A stretch of 64,000 nt of DNA from Octopus vulgaris. Lineage: Eukaryota. This document shows, in pieces, positions 39,290-52,530 of this stretch; position 1 is the first letter of the stretch; each line of letters begins with the position of its first letter. A program made the translations under genes and the position numbers. The DNA is taken from assembly GCA_951406725.2 (NCBI GenBank), contig OX597832.1, positions 56,234,001 through 56,298,000 of the forward strand, in the 5' to 3' direction. The notes beneath the pieces were generated by a model. It saw only the letters and a program-made list of their open reading frames with translations. It was not told where the DNA came from and searched no databases.

Positions 39290-39780
39290 ATGTCAGGCAA
39301 ACATCCATGCAAACCTTCTTTGCAGATGCAGAATACTCCCCGCTCCTTTCCTCTGTTCCCTAAGAGTTGACACACTCAACATGGGCACACTGAAAAGTAG
39401 GTCTGGTGAGATTCCTGAAATGCTTGAATGAAAACATGTAGACATGTGTTGCATTCAAGAAGTAAGGTGGAGGGTTCCTCAAAGGTAAGGATCACAGGCA
39501 TAACATCTTTTTCGGCAGGTAATAGTGATGGGGTCGGTAGTGTGGGACAGCTTCTTGCTGAGAAATGGGTTGATAAGAAAATCAAAGCATTCACAGTGTG
39601 TGATACTGAAGTGTAGACCAGTTTTGCAAAGTGGAGCAGCAACTATTATTTATGTTTACACTCCTCAACCAGGGCTGCCAAACAAACAGAAAGATAGATT
39701 TTAAAACATCCTTTTGCAGACTATCTTGTCAACAAATGACAGTGACCTTCTATTCATGGCTGGTGACTTCGAAGGACATG
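39290..39780 (+). mobile_element. RTE LINE APE-endonuclease remnant
   Basis: LRVDTLNMGTL, VDMCCIQEVRW, GNSDGVGSVGQLLAEKW, VYTPQPG and FMAGDF segments across frameshifts. Confidence 0.8.
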
Positions 39781-40712
39781 TATGTATACACACATGCGAG
39801 CATGTGTGTGTCCCACCACTACTTGATAACTGGTGTTGGTTTGTTTGCATCCACGTAACTTAGTAGTTTGGCAAAACAAGACCGATGGAATAAGTACAAG
39901 GCTTTAAAAAGAAAAAATACTGGAGTCAATTCATTTGATTAAATATTCTTCAAGGCAGTGCCCCAGCATGGCCAGTCTAATGACTGAAACAAGGAAGAGA
40001 TGAAACAGAAAATTACTATCATAATGCAATAACAACTGTACAGTCAGCATCAATACTGGTTATTTTACTTTCTAACCACCTGGGACATTCTTTTCCCCCA
40101 CACGTCAATCACGTACAGGAACCTTGTTCTACCACTAGTTATATTTATATCTTGTTTATAGTTTATAGTTTCTTGGACATCAGCCATTCTGCTCCTGCAC
40201 TCCCGTCTCGCTCAAAGTCAACATTTCACAAAACAGGTCAATGTCAAAACCTGATTAGTTATCAATCTATCGTCAGAAACAGCCTTTCTTTTACAAACAC
40301 TACCCCTTGTCATATTTTTCCAGCCTTTTAATTCCTTTTCATTCTGTTATTCTTTATGTATTTCAGCTCCAAAGCTGTGGCAGTGCTAAAGCTATAAATA
40401 CAATTCTTTCGTTCAATGTCAGAATGGGAACACACACACAGACACACACAACTACACATGCACACCAGAAATGTATCTGCCACAATATACCCTTATCTAA
40501 CCCATGCAGGCATGGAAAAATAGACATTAAAATGATTATGATGATATGTGCATCAATATCATCATCATCATCATCATCATTTAACGTCCGTTGTCCATTC
40601 TGGCATGGGCTGGATAGTTTGACTGGGCTGGCATGCTGGAAGGCTGCACCAGACTCCAGTCTGATTTGGTATGGTTTTCTACAGGTGGATGTCCACCCCA
40701 ATGCCAAAGTTA

Positions 40713-40900
40713 CTGGGTTGAATTCTGAAAGTACTGCAATATCAGGTCAAACCGTGCCGAAGGCAGAGCAAGCCCCTAATTGTTTGCCTCTTTCTAAAAA
40801 TCAGTTTAATATTGATGGTCCCAAATAGGGACCATATCAGATATTAAGCTGATAAGAACAGAGACTACACTTTGATCTTAGCCAAAAGGCTGAGAAGCAA
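40713..40900 (-). pseudogene. U2: Full-length U2 snRNA copy, probably a pseudogene, intronic and sense to the host gene
   Basis: Minus strand reads GCTTCTCAGCCTTTTGGCTAAGATCAAAGTGTAGTCTCTGTTCTTATCAGCTTAATATCTGATA..., Sm-like ATTTTTAG, and 3' loop TATTGCAGTAC; only (TA)n directly upstream. Confidence 0.9.
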
Positions 40901-40939
<39 letters not shown>

Positions 40940-41681
40940 GTAGGGAATATAATTCCAAAACTTACAGGGGAAAAATTCAATTTAACAATTTTAAATATGT
41001 ATATAACTTAGAGAAAAATCTCTATTAAATAATTCAATAAAGAAAGATGTTATTCACACCATATAGAAAACATATACTATAAAAAAAAACTTATTTTAAA
41101 TCAATAAAGTACTACTGTTTACGATTTATTGTACTTTATTGATTTAAAATAAGGTTTTTTATAGTATATGTTTTCTATAAGGTGTGAATAACATCTTTCT
41201 TTTTTGAATTGTTTAATAGTGGTTTTTCTTTAAATTATATACAAATATATATATATATACACACACACACATATATATACATACACACAAACTTCCATAC
41301 AAAAAGCACCTATGCCAATGGCACGTAAGAAAAGCACCCATGCTAGCACTGCGTAAAAAGCTCCCAGTACACTCAGTAAGGTGGTTGGCAAACAATTTGT
41401 TGACAAGAGGAATAACAAAAGCAACATCACACATAAATGATTTTTGTACATTAAAAATGTAAACAAACATTCATAACATATACATACATATGTGTGCATG
41501 CATATATATATATATGTGAAGTTCTCAGTCTTATCATTAAAGGCATGAAACTGCGTATTAACATTTCGGCTGATAACCGAAGAATAATTAGGGTCCTTCC
41601 GTGTCTGTCCTACATGTACATTTTTTTTTAGTATTTAATGCATTTTTCATTTATTGAATAACTGAACGTCATGCATCCCAG

Positions 41682-41724
<43 letters not shown>

Positions 41725-41749
41725 CATATGTATACACACATATATATAT

Positions 41750-41784
<35 letters not shown>

Positions 41785-42167
41785 CGGGAAGCTTTATGAA
41801 AATAAACAAAAGACGAAGGCAGGTGGAAAACAAACAAACAATTGTATTATATATATATATATAAAAGATAAATTAAATATAGAGATATTCTATTCAAAAT
41901 CCAATAACTTATTTAATGTAATATTGTATATAAATTATTGGACTGTCAATAGAATATCACTATATTTAATTCATCTTTATAATTGATTAATACCAATATG
42001 TATATGGTATCCAACTGAAGTACCAGTCAATTGGATATGTTTTACACACCCCTTTTAAGGATTTCTTATCCTCAGTTTGTTACAATATATGTGTGTGTGT
42101 ATGAATATATATACATGTGTGTGTGTGTGTATATATATATATATTACTGTTTTAAAGTTAATTAATG

Positions 42168-42551
42168 TTCGTGGTAAGTAGCTTGCTTACGAACCACATG
42201 GTTCCGAGTTCAGTTCCACTGCATGGTACCTTGGGCAAGTGTCTTCTACTATAGCCTCGGGCTGACCAAAGCCTTGTGAGTGGGTTTGGTAGACGGAAAC
42301 TGAAAGAAGCCCATCGTATATATGTATATATATATATTTGTATGTATGTGTATATGTTTGTCCCCCAACGTTGCTTGACAACCGATGCTGGTGTGTTTAT
42401 GTCCCCATAACTTAGCGGTTCGGCAAAAGAGACCAACAGAATAACTACTAGGCTTACAAAGAATAAGTCCTGGGGTTGATTTGCTAGACTAAAGGCAGTG
42501 CTCCAGCATGGCCACAGTCAGATGACTGAAACAAGTAAAAGAGTAAAGAGT
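42168..42551 (+). mobile_element. SINE family A
   Basis: Same body and tail; slightly 5'-truncated. Confidence 0.85.
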
Positions 42552-45060
42552 ACTTCTGAAAACACACATACACACACGCTGTCCAGATATATAAACAACA
42601 GAAAGCGTACTCAATATAAGTAATCCGTTCCTTCAAAGCTGGCAATTCACTCTGCCGCTACTCACAGTTGCACTCTGTGAGTAATTCCTAAGGTGACAAC
42701 AGGATTTGTCAATCTGTTGCATGAACAATCACACACAACAAGAGTGTGAACAGCAACAATGAACCCCCACTGCTTCAAAGGATCCCCCATCTCCACCAAC
42801 ACACACACAGAGTACACCAAGTACTGCAAATTGAAAATACATCATTCTGAGCGCACATCTAATGCCAAAGATCAAGGCAAATGCAAAGTAGCTGTTAGGA
42901 TAGGTTTGCAAATAACTGACAAAACTGTGCTTCCAAGATATTTATTTAAAATACAACATTTATACAGACACAAACATAACTAGATACCCACCCCCTCGCA
43001 AAGGGTTTGTGTCACTGAATAATCATGCTAAAATAGTTAATATATTACAATAATTTCCATTTATCCATGTGGTCTTGGGTTCACTTCCATTGCAAAACAC
43101 CTTGGAAACAAGTCTTCTACTAGAGCCCTGGGTCAACCAAAGTCTTGTGAGTGGAGTTCATAGGTGGAAACTCAAAGAAGTCCATTGTGTGTGTGCTTAG
43201 CCTTGTCTAGATATCACATGATGGTTGTAATGAGCATCATCATCGTACATGGCTGTGAGTTTCCAATCTTCCATGGAAAACCTGTCTGACCATGCAAAAT
43301 ACTAGCTTGATTGGCAACGTGAGGGTCAGCAACAGGAAGGACTGTAGAAAATCTGCCTCAACAATTTCCGTCTGACCCATACAAGCGTGAAAAAGTGGAT
43401 GCTAAATGACGATGGTGATGAGGATTCAAAGTAAAGTGAGGTACCTTTGGCAGAGCCTACATGGAGGATAATGCGATATTGGTCAACTGCTTCATTTTAC
43501 TGCAGCAACTCATGGGCCCTGGTTTATCCCTCCTTTCCCACACCCATCAGTCATAGTGGCCTTACAAAAGACAGGTGTGCCATACTTCCTCCTCTTACTA
43601 ATCTTTAGCACCATCTCCTCCACATTAAAAAAAAACATGGCACGTAAAAAGCACCATCCGATTGTGGCCGTTTGCCAGCCTCGTCTGGCACCTGTGCCGG
43701 TGGCATATAAAAGCACCCACTACACTCACGGAGTGGTTGGCGTTAGGAAGGGCATCCAGCCGTAGAAACATTGCCAGATCAGACTGGGCCTGGTGCAGCC
43801 TTCTGGCTTCCCAGACCCCAGTTGAACCGTCCAACCCATGCTAGCATTGAAAGCGGACACTAAACGATGATGATGATTAAAACCATGTCCGTTTGATGTC
43901 TGCTTTCACTTTTCCATACTTGCATAGATCCGGCAGGATTTTTTGAGGCAGATTTTTCTACAACTGGATGCCCTCCCTATCACCAATCCTCACTTGTTTC
44001 CAGGTCAGGTAATATTTCCCCACAACCAGACACATTTTTTGCAGAAAATTAGAAACAAATAACACTGCTTACAAGATGGTGACATTTGTTTACAACTATC
44101 ACGTGATGTCAAAGAAAGACAACAATAACACACACACACGTGTGTGTGTGTGTGTATGTGTGTGTAAATATATACATTTCTTTACTACCCACAAGGGGCT
44201 AAACACAGAGGGGATAAACAAAGACAGACAAACGGATTAAACAGAATGATGCCAACCTCGCTGCCTTGGTGTGTAAATATATATGATGGGCTTTTATTAG
44301 TTTCCATGTCCAAATCCACTCACAAGTCTTCAATCAACCCAAGGATATGGTAAAAGATGCTTACCCAAGATGTCACACAGTGGGACTGAACCTGGAACCA
44401 TGTGATTGGGAAGCTAACTTCTTGTCACCCAATTCACACAAGTTATATCAAACTGACTGATTGACATAAACATTAACAAGTTACAAAATATTTGCTTGAA
44501 TTCTTGTCAGTCCACACCACATGAAACCTGAGCAAAGCAACTATGTCAAAAATGCAACAGAGAGACTAAACAGAGCAAATAGAGACAACAAGCAAATCTA
44601 ATATAAACATCTGCTCCAATTATATTTACTAAAATATAATGTAATGCTACAAGTTCAACAGAGATTGCTTTAGGTATTTTTAAAACCCAAATTTAGTAAA
44701 TTAGCAAAGCATACCAGGAACAATGCCAAAATTCATCAAGACTGTTATTTTGCATATGCTTTCCATTCTGGTGTGGATTGGGCAGTCATCACAATATGAA
44801 TCAGACCTTTGGCAGAGTTACTGATCTTCTAGACAAATCAAGGGACAACGTCCTGTTTGCATGATTTATTTTGGTAGGGTCTATGGCTGGATACCCTTCC
44901 TGACACCAACTATACAACAGAGTTTACTGACTGCTTTAGTAGGGCATCAAGCTAGAGAGGCTTTTCAAGTCCATAACAGGACTAAAGGATCCATTTGATT
45001 ATCTTCATTTGCCCATCAACCAAATTATATATACATATATATATATGTATATATATATAT

Positions 45061-45450
45061 ACTCTTTTACTTGTTTCAGTAATTTGACTGCGGCCATGCT
45101 GGAGCACCGCCTTTAGTCGAGCAAATCGACCCTGGGACTTATTCTTTGTAAGCCCAGTACTTACTCTATCGGTCTCTTTTGCCGAACCACTAAGTGACGG
45201 GAACGTAAACACACCAGCATCGGTTGTCAAGCGATGCTAGGGGGACAAACACAGACGCACAAACATATATATATATATATATATATACATATATACGACA
45301 GGCTTCTTTCAGCTTCCGTCTACTAAATCCACTCACAAGGCTTTGGTCGGCCCGAGGCTATAGCAGAAGACACTTGCCCAAGGTGCCACGCAGTGGGACT
45401 GAACCCGGCACCATGTGGTTCGTAAGCAAGCTACTTACCACACAGTCACT
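45061..45450 (-). mobile_element. SINE family A
   Basis: Reverse copy nearly identical to 49699-50128. Confidence 0.85.
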
Positions 45451-45862
45451 CAAAAAACTATATGTTAATTATATGATACATGAAGCAAAACCAAATAGAG
45501 ATACTTTGAAATCATTTAAAACATATATTACAGGTTTGCATAATATATAAAAAAAAAATGCATCCATTATGTAAACCTTCCTTGGTTTAAGTTCAAAATA
45601 TCTCTTGCTGGATGGGATACTATACAAGCTTGTCAAATTACTGCATGTGTCCTATGTGCTCAGAGCACAGGGATTGTTTGAAGACACAAGGCATGTTATA
45701 AAAACCTGCCTAGACTCATGTCTCCAATGCATGAAATTATTACTAGCTTGTTTCTTTATACTGTTTATGATATATGTATGCTGGGGCCCCTGACCTTGCC
45801 AGTTCCTGTCAAGCCATCCAAACCATGCTACCATGGAAAACAGACATTAAATGTTGATGATG

Positions 45863-45905
<43 letters not shown>

Positions 45906-46717
45906 GTGCACAGACGTGGCTGTGTGATAAGAAGCTTACTTCCAACCACATGGTTCTGGGTTCAGACCCATTGCGTGGCACCTTGGGCAAGTGTCTTCTA
46001 AAAAATTGGTCCAATTAAAGCCTTGTGAGTGGATTTGGTACATGGAAACTGAAAGAAGCCTGCACCAGGCTCCAATCTGATCTGGCAATGTTTCTACACC
46101 TGGATGCCCTTCTTAACGCCAACCATTCCAAGAGTGTAGTGGATGCTTTTTATGTGCCACTGGCACAGGAGCCTATATGTGTGTGTGTATATATATATAT
46201 ATCACGTGACCGACCAGGCTATCAGATGCTGCTACACATCACTGGTCACAATGCGCTTCGCATTGTTTTAGCCTTCAAATGACGCCACCCCGCTGGCTAA
46301 GCGAGCAGGCCAACAGAAGAAAGAGTGAGAGAAAGTTATGGCGAAAGAGTACAGCAGGGATCGCCACCACTCCCTACTGGAGCATCGTGGAGCTTTAGGT
46401 GTTTTTGCTCAATAAACACTCACAATGCCTGGTCTGGGAATCGAAACTGCGATCCTACAATCGCGAGTCCGCTGCTCTAACCATTGCGCCTCCACGTATA
46501 TATATTTATTTGGAAATCCATTTTCTTTCTGTAAGGACAGCATGCTCCAATTTGAGGAAGATGGAGTGCTCTTTCTAGCAAGGTCAATGACAATGCAAAG
46601 AGACTGCATACTTCATTGGTTTATGATGTGTCTTGAAGGCCAGGGTTGATCTTAATACATTAACATAAGAGAAACCATAAAAGAAATTTTTTTTAAAAAT
46701 CAATTGGCATAACTTAC

Positions 46718-46808
46718 ATATCTGCGGGAGTATACTGATAATGTTGTGATAGTTCTTGACCACTGTGCCAGCCAACAAAAACTGCGGGAATTTTCACTTC
46801 ATTGCCAA
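46718..46808 (-). CDS. RNF13: RNF13-like exon, end of PA domain
   Basis: ttccag acceptor, gtaagt donor; 91 nt; (V)GNEVKIPAVFVGWHSGQELSQHYQYTPAD carries the IPsVFiG motif; phase 1 in, phase 2 out. Confidence 0.92.
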
Positions 46809-47059
46809 CTGGAAAAATGGTAATACATAAAGATTCAGTATGAAAAAGTTACAGTTCATTACCTTCATAAATTAAATTAACGTTCTTTAATGAATTAGAT
46901 AAAATATAAATTACATTTTAAGCACCCTGACACAGTTGTGAATCCCCTTCTGGGTGGTAAGTAAAAGGATCTTCAGAAGGTTCCAACAATGTGGATTCTA
47001 GTTGTTCAATCACTTGAACTCTCTACTCTCTGAATTACAGAGTAGATGGCCAAGTATTC

Positions 47060-47570
47060 CACAGCAGTTATGGTATTACAACTATCGCAGTGTTACAACA
47101 CCTGTGGCATTACAACAGTCAAGGGGATACAATACTTGAGGTATTTCAAGTCATGATGATACTATAACAGTTGAGGTGTATCATACATCGCATGTAACAC
47201 CGACACTTGTAACAGCAAAACGGCTGTTATAGCTATGATGCAACAACAGTCAAGATGATACAAACTCAAGGTGTTAAAACATTTAAGACACAATAGTTGA
47301 GGTGTGTTACAGCAGTTAAGGTGTTACAACACTTGTAACACCACAACAGTTTGGTGTGATGTTACAACAGTAGAGGTGTGTTACAACACTTGTGGCACTA
47401 CGACTGTTGTAACAGCACAGCAGTCATGGTGTAATGCTACGACAGTTATGAAGTTACAACACTCAAAGTGTTACGACATTTAAGATGGTATAACAGTCGA
47501 GATGTTACAACTGTCGTAAAAGCACAAGTTATGATGTTACAACAATTGGGGTGATACAGCCTTTGATTGG
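47060..47570. repeat. Degenerate minisatellite, ~17-20 bp units built on TGTTACAACA
   Basis: Many TACAACA.T..AGGTGT-like units, with a longer duplicated block (CAAGGTGTTAAAACATTTAAGA / CAAAGTGTTACGACATTTAAGA). Confidence 0.7.
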
Positions 47571-47855
47571 TTACAATGGTTTACACAAAAGAGAACTTTT
47601 GGCCCTTGTTGGGAGGAGGAGGGACATGGCGGTGGTGGTGGGTGCTTGTTATTAGAAAATATTTTTGTAGCAAACGGATCATAAAGTAAAAACTAATTAG
47701 CCAAATAAAATGAGTACATTACTAATGAGTATTTGACAATAGTAGGAGTAGTACAAGTGGTGGTGGTGGTGGTGGCTGCGGCAGCAGAAACCACCTCCTA
47801 TACTGAAACAACAGAACTGAAACAAGAGAGGAGAGGAAAATAGCAACAAACTTAC

Positions 47856-47946
47856 CAGCACCTGATCCCATGTAAACTAAGTCATCATTATTGAAATAAT
47901 TATGGACAATAGCTGCATTAAAGCCAGCTTTTTCAGCATTAAGAAC
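47856..47946 (-). CDS. RNF13: RNF13-like exon, PA domain
   Basis: ttgtag acceptor, gtaag donor; 91 nt; VLNAEKAGFNAAIVHNYFNNDDLVYMGSGA matches the PA motif VLNAQxAGYxAAIVHN; ends phase 1. Confidence 0.94.
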
Positions 47947-49698
47947 CTACAAAAGAAGACAGTTATACACAATAACAACAATGGCAGTTGACAATGGCTT
48001 CTTTCTGGCATTTTACAATGGAAGAAATAAAATTGCAGGCAAAAATTAAAGTTCCTCAGTGAAAATATGTTTTTTCCCATTTCAATGAGTCAACACGAAC
48101 GCTTCTATTCACAGTTTCATGTCTTCAATAGCTACTTCCCCATCACAACTGCCAATCATACAACACATCCACTTCACATTTGCCTCTTCCACTTCTTGTA
48201 ATTACAGTCACATGCTTATCACTGTTTGTCTCGTCAACCTGCCATCTGTCCTCAACAGTTGAATGTACTCTGCTCTAAGTATGCAATAATAATTGTAATT
48301 AACAAACTTAGGAAAGAAGCCTGAATAAGTATTTTTTTTTTGTCTGTTGCTGAAATGATGACGACAGAGAAGAAGAACGTTGGTGTTGTTGTCGTCATCA
48401 CCATCATCATCATCGGTTAACATCCATCTTCCGTGCTGGGAAGGGGTGGATGGTTTGACAGGATCCAACAAACTGGAGGACTGCGTCGAACTCCGGTGTC
48501 TGCTGTAGCATGGTCTCTACAACTGGATACTTTTACTAATCTAATGCCAACCACTTTATAGAACATACTGGGTGCTTTTTCTTGAGGCGAGGGACACAAG
48601 CATTAGTGAGACCATCAAGTAACTTGCAAGGCAAAAAAAAAAAAAAAAAGAATCTCTCACAACTAACTGGGGTTGAAGTAGAGTGGAGGGTGGCTTTATG
48701 CTAGCAGTTGAGAGGGTAAGGTAAGATAGAGGGACAAGTATACTTGTCTTGTTATAGAAGAGGTACATAGCTACTCAACAATATATAAGAATGGGTTGGA
48801 GCAACTGGACAGAGAATGAAGATGTTGGTGACAGGGTGCTAGAGTATACACTCAAGCTACAAGAAAGTGAGTATAAGAGAGAATACGGACCAAGGATGAG
48901 GAAGGATTGATGGATAAGTTCATTGGAGTGAGAGAGGAGAGTGACAGATGAAAGCTGTAGACAGATCACAGAAAATAGGGAGGTAATGTGCGGAGTGAGA
49001 ACAGCGGGAGAGACAAGTTGGAGAACATAGTTACTATACTCTCTCAAAATAACTGATTTACTATTTTAAGACATTACAAACTAAATATATTCATTATATT
49101 GCTCAGAGAGTATCTTACACTATATATGTATATATGAGTGTGTGGTTTACTGTTCTATTAAGGTAGGATCAACAAAAAAAAAAGTACTCCATCCAATCAG
49201 AGATAAATTGGTGCCATGTAAAAAGCAACCATACCAGTGCTGCATAAAAGCACCCAGTACACTCTGTAAAGTGGCTAGTGTTAAGAAAGGGCATCCAGCC
49301 ATAGAAACCAAGCCAAAAGAGACTTGGAGCCTTGGGTAGCTGGTCAGCTTCTGTCAAACCGTCCAACCTATGCCAGCATGGAAAATGGACATTAAATGAT
49401 GATGTATTAAAATAAGAGCTACTATTTGTTTCTTAATATTGAGACATGAGGTTGGGCTGATTTTTAGAACGTGCTGTGTCTCTAAGCAATCTTCAGGTTC
49501 TGGGCACATGGTTCGTTCTATTTGCAAACCATTCGGAGTGTCATGATGAATCTCTTCGAGAACTACATCAAGGCTGTGCATGTCTGTAGGGGTGCTCAAG
49601 CACATGCAAATTAACTCCACAAGCAGACCGTTCTGTTGGTTGAATCAATTGGAATACTCATCGCAACTGACTGAGTATCCAGCAACTTATACATATAT

Positions 49699-49865
49699 AG
49701 GCGCAGGAGTGGCTGTGTGGTAAGTAGCTTGCTAACCAACCACATGGTTCCGGGTTCAGTCCCACTGCGTGGCACCTTGGGCAAGTATCTTCTGCTATAG
49801 CCCCGGGCCGACCAATGCCTTGTGAGTGGATTTGGTAGACGGAAACTGAAAGAAGCTTGTCGTAA

Positions 49866-49919
<54 letters not shown>

Positions 49920-50128
49920 ATGTGTGTGTGTGTTTGTCCCCCTAGCATTGCTTGGCAACCGATGCTGGTGTGTTTACGTCCCCGTTACTTAGCGGTTCGG
50001 CAAAAGAGACCGATAGAATAAGTACTGGGCTTACAAAGAATAAGTCCCGGGGTCGATTTGCTCGACTAAAGGCGGTTCTCCAGCATGGCCGCAGTCAAAT
50101 GACTGAAACAAGTAAAAGAGTAAAAGAG
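49699..50128 (+). mobile_element. SINE family A (near-consensus copy)
   Basis: GGCGCAGGAGTGGCTGTGTGG head, CORE-like ACCTTGGGCAAGT, tail AAGTAAAAGAGTAAAAGAG. Confidence 0.88.
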
Positions 50129-51083
50129 ATATATATACTCTCTCTAAAGACTACCATCTCTTCATGTGACACACACACCGAGTGGATTTATTGTTTTATT
50201 TCCGTATTCTTATTAAATTTTTTTTAAATGTTGTTCTAGTTGCAGTATGTTTTCAGAAAGCTTCTGCATTGTGTTCTGATATGATTAATTAAATATACTT
50301 TCAGAGATAAAACTACTCCAACTACAACAGAAAACAAATGCTTCTTTCATTACAAACTCTTCTTTCATATTAACTGTAACATTATTTATGCTTATTTTTT
50401 CTCCATATATATATATAGATATATATATATATATATATATATACATTATATATATAGAGAGCAATGAACTTGAGAGAATACCATGCTATTATAACAATGT
50501 GGTGTGCCAAAGCCATCACATGGTTTGCAATACATCAAAAGAGTCAAACATCAAAAGAGTGGTTGTTTCCAAAAGGTTGGCGTCATTCTGTTTATTTTTT
50601 TTAATATAATTAATATTTTTATTTTAAGAAAATCTTTCTTCAAATAATGTTACAGTATCAAATAATTTTGGCAAAAACTTGAATATATATATATATTTAT
50701 AGGTTTGATGATGCAAGTGAGGAAAATAGATAAAAACCGTGTGTGTGTTTGTGTATGTGTGTGAGAAGACAACCCATCAAGTTGAGCAAAATTGCAGTCA
50801 TGGCAGATACCGGTGTCACACAAATTGGCACCTGTGCTGGTGGCACGTAAATGCACCCCGGTGTCATACAAATGGCACCTGATTAACTATAATCTGCTGA
50901 ACTAGTTGTTTATCCTGGTTTCTGTGGTATAAAGTGAATGAGAAACATTAAAATGCCTACCTACTGTAAGAAACTTTTGATCTGAGCAATTCTGAATTAA
51001 ACATAGCCAGACAAGCCACTCATAAATTCTAAAGTGGCCAGCTGTTTCTAACCAGCAATACAAATTTACAATAAGTGAACCAC

Positions 51084-51270
51084 GGAAAAAGCACTGGTGA
51101 TGGTGCCAGGGAAAACGCACTGGTGATGGTGCCAGGGAAAAAGCACTGATGATGGTGCCAGGGAAAAACCACTTGTGATGGTGCCATGGATATGGCACTG
51201 ATGATGGTGGTATGGAAAAAGCATTGGTGATGGTGCTATGGAAACAAAGCACTGGTGATGTAGTCACAGA
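51084..51270 (+). repeat. ~26-bp tandem repeat, about seven copies, in an RTE-type 3' UTR
   Basis: GAAAAAGCACTGGTGATGGTGCCAGG units followed by GTTGGCATTAGGAAGG. Confidence 0.8.
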
Positions 51271-51887
51271 AAAAAAGCAGCCAATACACTCCGTAAAGTT
51301 GTTGGCATTAGGAAGGCCATCCATTCTAACATGAAAAAATGGATGTAAAACCAACAGTAATGAGGAGGATGATGAGGTTATAATCACAAACAGAATACAT
51401 ATTCTTTTATTCTTTTATTTGCTTCAGTCATTTATCTGTGACCATGCTGGAGCACCACCTTAAAGGGGCTTTTACGACCCCAGGACTTATTCTTTGTAAA
51501 CCAAGTACTTATTCTATCGGTCTCTTTTGCCGAACCGCTAAGGTACGGGGATGTAAACAGACCAACATCAGTTGTCAAGCAATGGTAGGGGGAAAAACAC
51601 AGACACGCACACATAAATATATACACGATGGGCTTTTTTCGGTTTCCATCTACCAAATCCACTCACAAGGCTTTGGTTGTCCCTAGGCTATAGCAGAAGA
51701 CATTTGCCCAAGGTGCTATGCAATGGGACTGAACCCAGAACCATGTGGTTGAGAAGCAAGCTTCTTACCACACAGTATGAAACAAAGTCTGTATTAGTAT
51801 TAATTCCAGGAAATACATAAATAATATTGATTAACTTTACAATCATTAAGTAAAAAACAAATGATGAATCCAAACAAGATTTTTCAC

Positions 51888-52016
51888 CTTTTCAGAAAAT
51901 TCACACTGATTATGTGTACGAGCGACGAGAGCTATCCACAAAGTGGCATTATCTATTCGAGGTGGTGGATCCACAGAAGAGCAGCCATCGGAAGGTACAA
52001 CGTAGATAAGGCGACC
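51888..52016 (-). CDS. RNF13: RNF13-like exon, PA domain
   Basis: gcag acceptor, gtgaaa donor; 129 nt; GRLIYVVPSDGCSSVDPPPRIDNATLWIALVARTHNQCEFSEK. Confidence 0.92.
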
Positions 52017-52416
52017 CTGCAAAACCAAAGACAAACATTGTGTTAATTATGTTTTAAAATTAGCGGAACAACAAATGGAAAGTGGACATTGCATTAATGC
52101 TATTGCAAGCATGAATAACCCTTGACATTTCATTTCTGGAACATAAACTTCAAAGACAGATTTACTGTCAAAAAGATTTTCAAAACAAGTGTCTACATTA
52201 ATAAATATCTTTCTATCTTTTACCTGTTTCAGTCATTGGACTGTAGCCATGCTGGAGCACTGCCTTGGAGAAATTTTAGTCAAATGAATCAACTCCAGTT
52301 TTGTAAGCCTGGTACTTATTCTATCAGTTACTTTTGCTGAACTGCTAAGTTATGGGGATGTAAACACCAATACTAGTTGTCAGTCGATGGTGGGGTACAA
52401 ACGCAGACACAAACAT

Positions 52417-52530
52417 ATACGAGGGGTGTTCATTAAAGATTTCCCCTGACCCACTTCCCTAGGACTGGGATAAACAAAATTTGGCATAATTATTAGTCCT
52501 TCTCTACATGGCTCCCTACACGATGGCAAG
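52417..52530 (+). mobile_element. Mariner-like left terminus interrupting a SINE
   Basis: TA|CGAGGGGTGTTCA start lies where the SINE at 52215-52416 breaks off; no partner TIR found. Confidence 0.4.

Noticed and set aside
47060-47570. CRISPR-like array
   Set aside because: Eukaryotic context, short degenerate units, no unique fixed-length spacers and no cas genes.
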